DNA of 39,352 nucleotides, taken from IMG/VR virus record IMGVR_UViG_3300033475_000077, positions 1-39,352 of that record; one strand, 5' to 3'. Positions within the stretch are counted from its first letter, which is position 1. Each line of letters starts with the position of its first letter. Made by a program: the position numbers and the translations under genes. The notes beneath the pieces were generated by a model. The model saw only the letters and a list, made by a program, of their open reading frames with translations. It ran no database searches and had not been told where the DNA came from. Source of the stretch: a virus (Duplodnaviria; Caudoviricetes). Below are positions 25,055-34,344 of the stretch, one piece after another.

Positions 25055-26121
25055 TATGCCGTCTCCTTCAATGGCAGGGAGAACATCTCCCCGAATGGCT
25101 CAGCCCCGAGCCTGCGATAGAGCGCCCCCATCCGCGGGCCGGAGCCGCGAACGCCAGCGCGAAACAGAACCTGGTCAACGCCCTGATCACGCAGGAACGC
25201 GACCGATGCGCGCTGCAGCTTCAGGCCAAGCCCGGGCGCCAGGGGTGACGTGTAGAAGCTCGTGTGCATGCCCTCGCTCTTGCTGTCGGATTCGAGGGAC
25301 GGCGCCGTGAGCGCAAGCAGGTATCCGAACATGCGGCCATTCTGCCGCGCCGTGGTGATGTGCAGAGCGCCGATGTCCTCGAGCTTCTGCAGCAGCGGCA
25401 GGTTCTTCGTGGGGCACGAATCAGGCGCCTCGCCGACGGTCACGAGATGCTCGGAAATCAGATCCTGCCCGTCCCGAAGAAGCGCCGATAGAGGCTCCTG
25501 CTGAAAGGTGAATTCCGCGGAGACAAGCGGCCGGCCCATGATCTTGGCGCGCATATGCTGCCCGGCCATCCGCGCGGCGCGTTCCATCTGCGGCATATAG
25601 ACGCCGGCATACCGGATGAGAGCCGCGAAGTTGATCTGCACATTCAGGCCCCGCAAAAGTCCCCACCGGAAAGGATCATGCGGCTGTCCGAGAAGCGTTT
25701 CCGTCAGGCTGGCGCAAACGTCCTCACGATCGAGATCGGCGAAGGGAATCGACCAGGCGCCCGTGCGCCGTTCGATCTGGTCGAGCTTCGCGTCAAGCCG
25801 GTGCATCAGCCGCTCCAGAGACGGGATATCGAATGGCGCGCCGGTATTCAGCAGGCTGCCGATGACTTCCCGCGGATCACGCCGAATGGTGACGATCCGC
25901 GCCCGCGGCGCGATCTCCCGCACCAGGCGCCAGAACGGGGCGGCGGCTGTCTCAACGGTGCCAGACATGGGCATCGCGAACCAGGACCGCACATCCTCCA
26001 GGCTACGCACATGCCGGGCCTCATCATGCCCGATCGACCATCCGCCATAGCTCAAATACTGCGAGAGCCACGCTGTGCGGCTCCGCGGCAGGGCATAGAT
26101 GATGAAGGGATCAAGAGGCAT
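25054..26121 (-). CDS. Sulfotransferase-like P-loop domain fused to a GNAT-like domain
   Basis: FIIYALPRSRTAWL and IRRDPREVIGS; C-terminal TARQNGRMFGY...GLGLKL...ALYRRLGAE. Confidence 0.75.
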   Translation of the reverse strand: MPLDPFIIYALPRSRTAWLSQYLSYGGWSIGHDEARHVRSLEDVRSWFAMPMSGTVETAAAPFWRLVREIAPRARIVTIRRDPREVIGSLLNTGAPFDIPSLERLMHRLDAKLDQIERRTGAWSIPFADLDREDVCASLTETLLGQPHDPFRWGLLRGLNVQINFAALIRYAGVYMPQMERAARMAGQHMRAKIMGRPLVSAEFTFQQEPLSALLRDGQDLISEHLVTVGEAPDSCPTKNLPLLQKLEDIGALHITTARQNGRMFGYLLALTAPSLESDSKSEGMHTSFYTSPLAPGLGLKLQRASVAFLRDQGVDQVLFRAGVRGSGPRMGALYRRLGAEPFGEMFSLPLKETA

Positions 26122-26185
26122 GAGGGTCCAGCGCTATTGCAAATTCAGCTGCTGGCTGATGCCATGGCGTGCTTATAGCACAGCG

Positions 26186-26545
26186 CTACTCGGCACGCCA
26201 ACAGATCTGCGCGGCCGCCAGTGCGGAGCCGGAGGTGTTCTCATAGGTGTAGCTAAATCCAGATGCTGTAAAGGACGCCGGATTTGCACCAACAGACAGG
26301 ACAAACGAACTCGACGAAACGAGGACGATCGTAGGCGCGGACCCCATCGGAGAGGCGAAAGTGACGCTTCCAGATCCGGTCGCTCCGGCGGCGACTGATC
26401 CAAGAGAAACAACCCCCTTTCTAGTGTTGGAGATGCTTGCCCAGAGACTGCGGATGAGTGTTGCAAAGGCTGTTGTGAGCAAGCCGGTTTTGGGATCGAC
26501 GGCCGGAACGGATGATGGCGGGAGAGGTTGTAGGGCGCCGCTCAT
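26186..26545 (-). CDS. Small tail protein (gp26-like position)
   Basis: VDPKTGLLTTAF N-terminus; coupled to the gp10-like gene. Confidence 0.65.
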   Translation of the reverse strand: MSGALQPLPPSSVPAVDPKTGLLTTAFATLIRSLWASISNTRKGVVSLGSVAAGATGSGSVTFASPMGSAPTIVLVSSSSFVLSVGANPASFTASGFSYTYENTSGSALAAAQICWRAE

Positions 26546-27963
26546 GACGTCCCCGCGTCAGCCTCAATCCAGGCACCTTGAAGCGCAATCTCGATCGGCG
26601 CCGTCCATGTCAGCCGATAGACGCGATCACGCGACAGGCCGAGCCTCCACCACGCAAAGCCCATGCCTTGCGTATTCACCATGGCCATTGTGATCGGGGA
26701 CCCGAAAGTATTCCCCCGATCATCTGACCAGTCGAGCGACAGATTGTCATTAGGGTCATCGACGATACCCATGTCAGCGACAAACCGGCGATGAAAGACC
26801 CGGTTCGCATTCCCCATCATATGGGGGAATGCTCTCTGCCGCTTGATTGGAGTCCCATTGTCCGTATAGGCGCCAGGATCAAGATGGTAGAGTGTGCCAT
26901 TCTCGAAATCTCCAGCGACGATAAACTGCCCATTAGGAGCGACGCAGTTCATGCGGTGGCGCTGCTCATTGCCAGACGCATCAAGAGAGCAGCGCTCATG
27001 CCATTGATCTGTGGTGAGGTCGTAAACCCACGTTTTGCTCGCCGTTGGGAATGTAAGCACATAGAAAACATGGCCAGCCTGGGAATAAGTCATGCCAATT
27101 GCGTCAGAAACCTTTCCATATTTGCTGATCGCATACTCGATTGGATAGGTGGAGATGCGTTTTGCTTGATACCCGGCGCCATGAAGTACCATGTTTCTCC
27201 CCTGGAGATCCTGAGAGAGCCAAAACACGCCGCCATCTGCTGTGGCAATCGAATAGCTCGCTACGCATCCATGATGGATGAGAACTTCCGGAACGCGCCC
27301 GAAGGGAAAATCGGCACTTCCTGCATCATACCAAAGCTCGGTCGTTTGAGCCCCTATGATCCAGATCAGTTGGTTGATCGATGCCAGGGCGACGATGTTA
27401 TCCGGATAGGTGGATTTTGTCGCGATATAAAGGCTGTCGAAGGGCGTCGAATTTCCCGCGTAGTTCGATGGAGACGAATACCACTGGTTGGAATTGACCT
27501 TGTTGAACACGAGGAACGTGTCAAGAAAGACAACCTGAGTTGCACCAAAAAAAGCGGAATCACTGATCTGTGTCAGCGTGTTATCAGAGAGGGTTACATA
27601 CCATCCGTTGGTCGACCCATCCACGATCACCATCACAATCCGATTGTCTTGCATGCACACGGGCCCGGAAGAAGATCCAATCGATCCGATATAGGTCATC
27701 GTCTGGGTTGTCTGGCTGATCGCGTAAACGCCAGATCCAATTACCGCGTAGTAGAAGCCAAGTCCGTTGCCAGGGACATAGATGCCCCGCACCGGGCCAG
27801 AAGCCGCCTGGGCAAATTCGGTGAGTCCCGGTGTCGGGTAATAGGTCCAGGGCGCGCTATCTTCGCCCGGAGGCGGCGGCTCTGGGATCAGGTTCATGCA
27901 AGTTTGAGCCGATGCAATCACCGATCTAGCCTGATAAGTCCCGCCCGCAAGATTGACCCTCAT
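26542..27963 (-). CDS. Tail hub / DNA stabilisation protein (P22 gp10-like)
   Basis: PTPGL, TWVYDLTTDQWHER, LDWSDDRGNTFG, WWRLG..RDRVYRL. Confidence 0.9.
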   Translation of the reverse strand: MRVNLAGGTYQARSVIASAQTCMNLIPEPPPPGEDSAPWTYYPTPGLTEFAQAASGPVRGIYVPGNGLGFYYAVIGSGVYAISQTTQTMTYIGSIGSSSGPVCMQDNRIVMVIVDGSTNGWYVTLSDNTLTQISDSAFFGATQVVFLDTFLVFNKVNSNQWYSSPSNYAGNSTPFDSLYIATKSTYPDNIVALASINQLIWIIGAQTTELWYDAGSADFPFGRVPEVLIHHGCVASYSIATADGGVFWLSQDLQGRNMVLHGAGYQAKRISTYPIEYAISKYGKVSDAIGMTYSQAGHVFYVLTFPTASKTWVYDLTTDQWHERCSLDASGNEQRHRMNCVAPNGQFIVAGDFENGTLYHLDPGAYTDNGTPIKRQRAFPHMMGNANRVFHRRFVADMGIVDDPNDNLSLDWSDDRGNTFGSPITMAMVNTQGMGFAWWRLGLSRDRVYRLTWTAPIEIALQGAWIEADAGTS

Positions 27964-28817
27964 CAGCCAAGCCTTGAGGTGTCGAGCGTGAAGCCGTTCG
28001 GGCCTACACCGTAATTCCCAGCCCACCACCATCCGCTTCCGGAGCGCGAACCGTTAGGAAGGCCATTCGGAAGATTGAGCGCGGGAATTTGGAGATTCGC
28101 AATGCGGATCGTCTGCATGGCCGAGTTCATGGCCGCAGTCACCGTCGGGTCAGGCGGCAGGCCGAATGCTGGCCGCATCCTAGCGGCCAGAGACCACACG
28201 AGCGCCTCCACATATTCAGGCGGCATCAGGAGGTCATCGGTCAGGCTCGTGAACTGCTGAAGCGCTTCCTTGGTAAGGATATGCAGCTCAAACTGGTCCG
28301 ACGGAATCGGATAGAAATAAATGCTCCCGTTGGGGAAGGACGCATCATAGAACACGGCGCCAGGGAATGTCTGCAACCCCTTGAGGCCGATCTGAGCATA
28401 TTCCTCCCGGCTCTGGATCATGTATAGCGGGTAATCAATATTGAGCACGCCCGGCTGCACAGTCCCGAAAGGCACCGGGCCAATGCCGTCTGGGCCACCA
28501 ATCGCGGAAACACCGATCGTGAACCCGCGTAAATTGGTCGAGGTAGTGATTAGGCGCGCATAGGCGCCCTCGATCTGGTCAGGGCGCGCGATGTTGAAGC
28601 TCGCGCCAGGCCCGACGCCGTAATTCAGCGCTCCGGTAGACTGGATGGCCGTGTCAACGAGATGCCACACCATCCACCGCTTGCGCTGCCATTGCGCCAG
28701 CAGCGACTGCAGCCAGAACAGCCCGTCAGCGAGATCGGCGCTGCTGGGGGTCTGCCCCAGAGCGCCGACACCGTTCGCCTTCAGAGCCTGCGTGACGATA
28801 TCCTGAGCTGTCGTCAC
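27963..28817 (-). CDS. Head-tail adaptor (P22 gp4-like)
   Basis: TAQDIVTQALK..GV...GQTP...LL.QW; PPEY.EAL.W.LA.R..P.FG. Confidence 0.8.
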   Translation of the reverse strand: MTTAQDIVTQALKANGVGALGQTPSSADLADGLFWLQSLLAQWQRKRWMVWHLVDTAIQSTGALNYGVGPGASFNIARPDQIEGAYARLITTSTNLRGFTIGVSAIGGPDGIGPVPFGTVQPGVLNIDYPLYMIQSREEYAQIGLKGLQTFPGAVFYDASFPNGSIYFYPIPSDQFELHILTKEALQQFTSLTDDLLMPPEYVEALVWSLAARMRPAFGLPPDPTVTAAMNSAMQTIRIANLQIPALNLPNGLPNGSRSGSGWWWAGNYGVGPNGFTLDTSRLG

Positions 28818-28827
28818 CCTCGCAGCC

Positions 28828-29190
28828 TCAGTTCAGGCCGGGTTCGGGATATCCGGTCGCCCGCGATTCCTCGGCCTGAGCCGAGTTGCGAGCGACAGGG
28901 CCATTCGCCCGATGCGCGTCCAGAAGCTGACGCATGTTCTCAAGACGAGCCATTTCGGCCTCCAGGCCCGTGCGAGCGCGATCGGAATCAAAAGCGCTCT
29001 GGAAGCGCCAGTCTCCCTCGTCGCCGCCGGCCTTGTGATACTCGTTCGGGTTGGCAAACTCCCCGCGCCCATGCACGGGATGAAAGCGGACGATCGGATA
29101 GCCGTCGAAGTTCTCCGGGGCTGCCTCAGCCGCCGGCGCGGGTTCCACAGCTGGCTCGGCCTGGACGACGGGGAGTGTTTCATCGGTCAT
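28828..29190 (-). CDS. Hypothetical protein (head module)
   Basis: GGAG RBS; ATGA coupling. Confidence 0.65.
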   Translation of the reverse strand: MTDETLPVVQAEPAVEPAPAAEAAPENFDGYPIVRFHPVHGRGEFANPNEYHKAGGDEGDWRFQSAFDSDRARTGLEAEMARLENMRQLLDAHRANGPVARNSAQAEESRATGYPEPGLN

Positions 29191-29405
29191 TGCTCATCTC
29201 CCGTCTTGCCTGCTTTGCGTGCCTTGGCGTCGCTCGGCGCGGGCTCGCCCTTGAGGGCAGCTGCGGTGTTCGCCATGTGGCTTTCGCGCCAGGCGTCAAA
29301 CTGCTCGTTCACTGTGCGGTGCTCGTCCGGCGAGTAGACGGTGCAGGTCTTGAAGCCGTTCGGGTGGAACAGCTCACGCGGATAGCCGAAGGATTGGTTG
29401 CTCAT
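29187..29405 (-). CDS. Hypothetical protein after the coat gene
   Basis: GAGGA RBS; YPRELFHP motif. Confidence 0.65.
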   Translation of the reverse strand: MSNQSFGYPRELFHPNGFKTCTVYSPDEHRTVNEQFDAWRESHMANTAAALKGEPAPSDAKARKAGKTGDEQ

Positions 29406-29425
29406 TTGCTGGTTCCTCGATCGAA

Positions 29426-29458
29426 AGAACTCCGCCCCTCACCGAGAGGCAGAGTTTC
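29426..29458 (-). terminator. Hairpin downstream of the coat gene
   Basis: GAACTC.GCC.CTC/GAG.GGC.GAGTTT stem with a T-run on the minus strand. Confidence 0.45.
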
Positions 29459-29467
29459 AGGGATGGA

Positions 29468-30706
29468 TCAAACGGCGTCCGCGACGGCCACCACCCATTC
29501 CGGACGGAGCAACGCATAGCCAAAGAGGATGTCCAGGCGGGTGCCGAGAATGTCGTTGATCGGGTCGTAGGTGGTGATCATGCGCATGGATATGCCTTCG
29601 AAATTCTCACGAGCGCAGTCGACAACGCCCTTGCTGATGAACGGCAGATCGACCGTCGCCAGCGTGAACGCCTCGGGCACGTAGACGAGGTTCTTGCGGT
29701 AGACCTCGCTCGCCTTGTTCGCCAGCGTGACTGCGGCGCCGCTCGCGGGCGACACGTCCACGGTCTGGTACTGGACCTGTGCGCCGGCGTTGGACGGGAT
29801 CAGGGCCGGGTAGATCGGAATCGAGGTTGCACCGCTGGCAACGTTGGCCGTCACCGTGAATAGCATCGGCGTGCCGGTGGAAACCTTGGTCACGCGGTTG
29901 ACCTGGTTGACGCCAGCAACGGAGATGATGTCGCCGCGGTTCAGCGTGCCCGTGATGGCGCCGACGGGAAGGGTCGAACCGACATAGCCGGCCGCACTGA
30001 GAGCGCCCGCGGAGAAGGTGCCCGTCGTGTGCTTGATAATCGTCTGGTCGGTGTACCAGTCGAGGCCGAGGAACTCCTTATTCATCATGCCCGAGGTGGA
30101 CTGCTCGGAGATGCGGACCTGTGGGTTGTAGAAGCCGGACAGGCCGCTGACGGTGCGGGCATTCGAGAGATTGTCGATCATGGCGATGCGCTGGCCGTCG
30201 CCGCGGGGCGCCGAGTTGGCATCGAGGATCGCGCCGGCCTGCAACCAGGTCGAGGCGCTCGGCGTGATGGTGTTATTGGAGCCATCCACGTTATGAACGA
30301 AGTTGGCAACCGGGCCTTGACCGGTCCCGCCGTCCACCATGCTCATTACCGCGGCCGCGACGGAGCCAGCCAGGTTGTTCACGGCCGGCTTGATGTAGCG
30401 CTGGCTGAACTTGTCGATGCTCAGGGCCATATCGGCGGAGGAGAAGGACATGTCCACGCCAAGCTGCGTGCTGATGACCAGGGTGGTGTAGGTTTCCGTC
30501 GTGTTCTGGTAGGCCGCCGTCGGGCCGGTGCGCACCGTATAGTCCACGGGCTTGCGGATGTTCAGCGACGCGCCAATTTTCGCGCCTTCACGGGCGAACT
30601 GATCGGAATATTCGGTGTTGATGGTCTTGAGGAAGCTGTTGCTGTTCCGGAAGAGACGGAGGGTCTCTTTCGTGATCATGCCAATGGTAAGTAGCGTATT
30701 CGCCAC
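29468..30706 (-). CDS. Major capsid protein, P22 coat (gp5) family
   Basis: ANTLLT...KIGASLNIRKP...RYIKPAVNNLA...RLDILFGY..LRPEW; GTG start with AGGAG. Confidence 0.93.
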   Translation of the reverse strand: MANTLLTIGMITKETLRLFRNSNSFLKTINTEYSDQFAREGAKIGASLNIRKPVDYTVRTGPTAAYQNTTETYTTLVISTQLGVDMSFSSADMALSIDKFSQRYIKPAVNNLAGSVAAAVMSMVDGGTGQGPVANFVHNVDGSNNTITPSASTWLQAGAILDANSAPRGDGQRIAMIDNLSNARTVSGLSGFYNPQVRISEQSTSGMMNKEFLGLDWYTDQTIIKHTTGTFSAGALSAAGYVGSTLPVGAITGTLNRGDIISVAGVNQVNRVTKVSTGTPMLFTVTANVASGATSIPIYPALIPSNAGAQVQYQTVDVSPASGAAVTLANKASEVYRKNLVYVPEAFTLATVDLPFISKGVVDCARENFEGISMRMITTYDPINDILGTRLDILFGYALLRPEWVVAVADAV

Positions 30707-30864
30707 GGAAGTGCTCCTGTCGGGCGCTTCGAGAGCGCCAATTCGAACGAGAATTGGCCTCACCCATCAGGGGTCTTGGCCGAAAACTCGGACGCGACAG
30801 GAGAAAATCGCTAGCTACAGTCTGCCCGTTTACGCACGGCACGCTTCAGAGCTGAATCCCCGGC

Positions 30865-31740
30865 TCAGGCGGGCTTAGACCGAAGCTTCGCATACTGCTC
30901 CATCGAAATATTCGGGTCGTAGATGTTTCCGGCTTGCGTCGGAGACGGACGACCCCCAACGGGGCGAGTAGGCGGTGGTGCGCGGGATACTGTGGGAGCT
31001 ACAGGCGGGGAACCTTGGGGTTCTTGACCTCCCGGAGGAGGTGCGGCAGCCGCCAGACTGCCTGCGAGTTGAGCCAAGGCCACTGCTTGCTGCATGCCCG
31101 ACAGATTGTTGAGCATGAAATGAGCTTGGTCCAGATTTGACCCAAGCGTATACAGCACATCCGGACCGTTGGGAAGCGTCAAAACGGCCTTGACGAATTC
31201 CGGATGCGCATCGAGGCCGCCGATGTCGTTGAAGGCGGCTATCTTGTCGCCCCAATCCTGATAGGCAGACGCCCCCTTCGCCGCGAACGATCGCAGCTCG
31301 GTCTCCATCGTCTGCTGCTGGGCCTGGGCTTGCGCAATCTCCGCAGCGCGGGCCTCCAGCTGCGCCGGCGTATAGACCATCGGAGCATTCTCGGGCTTCT
31401 GCTCCGGGGCGGCCGGCGGCGGGGCGTTCTCCTGGGCATTCGGCTGCTGCCCCTGGCGCTGATACGCTGCCTCCATAACCCGGATGCGTTCTTCGCGCGC
31501 CGCCAGCTCCTTCTTGAGATCGGAGTTGACCCGGGTCATGACCCGAATGCGCTCCATCTCCCACTTCGGGTATTTCTGGCCCGGTGGCGGCTCGGGAACA
31601 GCGGCCTCGGGCGGAAGCTCTGGCGTCTCCGGCGCGGGAGCAGCGGCCGGCGCGGCACGGTCGGCCGGATCAGTCGACTGCGGGCCGGAAAAGTCCGACG
31701 GGTCGACGGCGACGGGGTTGGCTTCGAAGGTGTCGCTCAT
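30865..31740 (-). CDS. Scaffolding protein
   Basis: Pro/Glu-rich N-terminus, coiled coil, GPDVLY.LGSN, SMEQYAKLR C-terminal coat-binding helix. Confidence 0.82.
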   Translation of the reverse strand: MSDTFEANPVAVDPSDFSGPQSTDPADRAAPAAAPAPETPELPPEAAVPEPPPGQKYPKWEMERIRVMTRVNSDLKKELAAREERIRVMEAAYQRQGQQPNAQENAPPPAAPEQKPENAPMVYTPAQLEARAAEIAQAQAQQQTMETELRSFAAKGASAYQDWGDKIAAFNDIGGLDAHPEFVKAVLTLPNGPDVLYTLGSNLDQAHFMLNNLSGMQQAVALAQLAGSLAAAAPPPGGQEPQGSPPVAPTVSRAPPPTRPVGGRPSPTQAGNIYDPNISMEQYAKLRSKPA

Positions 31741-32000
31741 TTCGCAGGCCCTTTGATCTCAGAGAGTTTTGCCAAAAGGGCCTGTTCAGCCGCTTTCAGG
31801 GCAAAGCGATATTCGGATAGCGCCTTCACCTGCAGCTGCATGCGGTCAACATCCGGCTGCTCAACTTTTCTGAATCCATCGAAGACCGGATCATAAAAAT
31901 AGGGCAAACCAGCCGCTTGGAGTTCGCGCAGCGGCTTGGTGGGGGCTGCGAGATCGCTCGCGTATTCATCCGTCGAAAACGCTTGTCCTGTCTGGCTCAC
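31737..32000 (-). CDS. Hypothetical protein
   Basis: Coupled between portal and scaffold. Confidence 0.6.
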   Translation of the reverse strand: MSQTGQAFSTDEYASDLAAPTKPLRELQAAGLPYFYDPVFDGFRKVEQPDVDRMQLQVKALSEYRFALKAAEQALLAKLSEIKGPAK

Positions 32001-34189
32001 GGGGAAACTCCTTGGGGATTGGCATCAGGCGCCACGGGAGGAGGCGCAGGCGGGGTGTTTGGGTGCGGCAAAACGGCAGTGACGGGGGAGGCGTCACCGC
32101 CGTACTGATCGCGCAAGGCTTCGAGCACCACCTGGCGGATCAGCGGCTTGAACATGTCCGGATCGATATCGTGCAGGCTGGTGATGCGATCGGTCTCGGC
32201 GCGGTATTTCTCGGTGTCGTTCTTGTCGTCCTTGTCGTCGAGCTTGCGCTTCATGTCGGCGACAGCCTGGTTTGCGCCGACAAGGGCGCCATGCAGTTGC
32301 TGGACCTGCTGTTGCGCCTGCACAAGCTCAGGCGGCGGGCCGCCGGTCGCTTGCGGGGGCAGCATCGCCCGGGCGCGCTCGGCTGCTTCGTCGGCCATGG
32401 GGAAGTCGGCGCTCTTGAAGAACAGGTCCATGTAGAGCGCGCCCGATGGCGTCGAGACGATCTGCTGGAAGGCGTTGAACGCCTCCTCGCGCCGCGTCGC
32501 GTAGCCAGGCCCCATCTCAGCCTCAACTGCATAGCGCCCGATCAGCGGGTTAAAGATGATCTGCTCAACCGGCGGCGGGGGTGGACCTTGGCCCGGCTGC
32601 GGAGGGGCTGCGGGCGCTCCGGGCTGCGTTTGGTGCGCCTGCTCTGCAGCAGGGTCCAGATGCACATCGGAGATTGTGCCATCCTCGGCCATGATCTGAA
32701 TGACGCGCTTGGTGTCGTAGACCTTGGGGATGAGGTCGATAAGGATGCGGCCGGTATAGGCGATGGCGACGCCCAGGTTATCGATGTAGTGATAGGTCGC
32801 CTTGTCGCCCTGACGCTGGCGCTCCTGAATGGCAATGCCGGACCGCTCATTGCCCTGCTGGCCGAACTCGTTCTGATACTGGCCACTCGCCATCATCATC
32901 TGCACCTCGGCCGTCTGCATGCCGTCGATGTAGACGGGCGATGTCTGCGGCGGGGCCGGGCGCTGCGGCGGTTCGCCGGTCTTCTGGCCGCTGTCGTCAG
33001 TCTCGTTGTAGGGCAGATAGGCGTGGTTGGTGGTGTTCGCCGTCTCCCAATAGGTCTCCAGCCCCTCGATCGACTTCATGCCGACGATCCAAGGCACCTT
33101 CGTCTGGAGAGCCCCGAACTCGACGGCGGCCGAGGCATAGTAGTTGTACATGCGCTGCGCGTCCTTGAGGGAGCGCGTGTGGCCGCGGCGGTTGAGCTTG
33201 CCGTCGACGACGAACTCCTCACCGATCAGCGTCACGATCGGGATCGTGTTGTAAGCTGTGTCCTGGCTGTCCACGATCTCATCGCCGACGCGCATATACC
33301 AGCGCACGACGATATTTTCGTGCGGTCGGGACGGGAATCCCTTCTCCTTCAACGCCTCGGGCAAGCCATCGATCATCTGGCTCTCGCGCAGCGTGCCGCC
33401 TGGATGGCCTTGACCCAGGAAGTCTTGCGGCACAGCCCATAGCGTGTCCGTCATCGCGTGCCGCTCGTAGTATTCCGCGATCCGCACGGTGTCCTTCGAC
33501 CGCCAATCGTTGCCCCGACCGGCGCTGTTCTCCATCGACTGCGCGCCGGCGAGGTCCTTGTATTCCGGAAACTCGGCCTCGAACTCCTCGCGCGGGAGAT
33601 CGCGGAAGACGAAGCACCACCGCGCATCGCTCTTATCAATCTCCTGCGCATCCGGGTCCATGTAGACCGAGAACGGGTCGATGATCCGGCGGATGAAGAT
33701 CTCCTGCTCAAAGCTGTCGTCGTTCGGGTATTCGGTCACGATCCGCCAATATCCGACGCCGCTCTCGACCTGGTGTCGCGTGGCATCGACATAGACCGCG
33801 CTGGCCTTCGACTTGTATTCGATGTGCCTGATCACGCCCTCGAACACCTGGGCCGCTTCAGCCATCGCGCCAAAGCCGGTCGCGTGGACCTTCACGCTCG
33901 GCTTGTTCTCGCGGCTGTCGTTGATGATCAGCAGGTTGTGCTGCCTGACTTTGTTTATCACGAGGCAAGGCCGCGGCGCGCCGCCCTGCGGGTTGCGCGC
34001 CTTCTGCACATCGCCCGGCCACTGCCACTCGGGGTGGTCAGGATCAGCGTTCGCGAACCGCTTGTCCTCTTTCTCCAGCTCGCGCGTCGTGCTTTCCCAC
34101 TCCCGCGCGCGCGTGAAGCGCTGATCCATGCGCTGGATCACGGCGTCCTTGTCGCTGCCCTTCGGCGTCGTCTTGGTGGTGTCGCTCAC
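31997..34189 (-). CDS. Portal protein, P22-like
   Basis: QWP...RPCLVINKVRQ, GVGYWRI, LKDAQRMYNY, SGIAIQERQRQGD. Confidence 0.93.
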   Translation of the reverse strand: MSDTTKTTPKGSDKDAVIQRMDQRFTRAREWESTTRELEKEDKRFANADPDHPEWQWPGDVQKARNPQGGAPRPCLVINKVRQHNLLIINDSRENKPSVKVHATGFGAMAEAAQVFEGVIRHIEYKSKASAVYVDATRHQVESGVGYWRIVTEYPNDDSFEQEIFIRRIIDPFSVYMDPDAQEIDKSDARWCFVFRDLPREEFEAEFPEYKDLAGAQSMENSAGRGNDWRSKDTVRIAEYYERHAMTDTLWAVPQDFLGQGHPGGTLRESQMIDGLPEALKEKGFPSRPHENIVVRWYMRVGDEIVDSQDTAYNTIPIVTLIGEEFVVDGKLNRRGHTRSLKDAQRMYNYYASAAVEFGALQTKVPWIVGMKSIEGLETYWETANTTNHAYLPYNETDDSGQKTGEPPQRPAPPQTSPVYIDGMQTAEVQMMMASGQYQNEFGQQGNERSGIAIQERQRQGDKATYHYIDNLGVAIAYTGRILIDLIPKVYDTKRVIQIMAEDGTISDVHLDPAAEQAHQTQPGAPAAPPQPGQGPPPPPVEQIIFNPLIGRYAVEAEMGPGYATRREEAFNAFQQIVSTPSGALYMDLFFKSADFPMADEAAERARAMLPPQATGGPPPELVQAQQQVQQLHGALVGANQAVADMKRKLDDKDDKNDTEKYRAETDRITSLHDIDPDMFKPLIRQVVLEALRDQYGGDASPVTAVLPHPNTPPAPPPVAPDANPQGVSP

Positions 34190-34344
34190 GACTTCTCTCC
34201 TACGGTGCGACGCAGCAGGATCAGCGCGTCGTTGAGTTTCTGCATCAAGCCGGGCGCCGATGGGTCGGCAATCAGAAGCTCCAGCGCGTCGAGGGCAGCC
34301 TTTGCCGCAATGCGCAGCTGCAGCTCGTTACGAACGTTGCTCAT
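34186..34344 (-). CDS. Small hypothetical protein
   Basis: ATGA/GTGA coupling between terL and portal. Confidence 0.55.
   Translation of the reverse strand: MSNVRNELQLRIAAKAALDALELLIADPSAPGLMQKLNDALILLRRTVGEKS

Noticed and set aside
23495-25120. 541-aa plus-strand ORF
   Set aside because: Antisense shadow of high-GC ejection genes; Arg/Leu-rich with no motifs
26791-28014. 407-aa plus-strand ORF
   Set aside because: Shadow of the gp10-like gene
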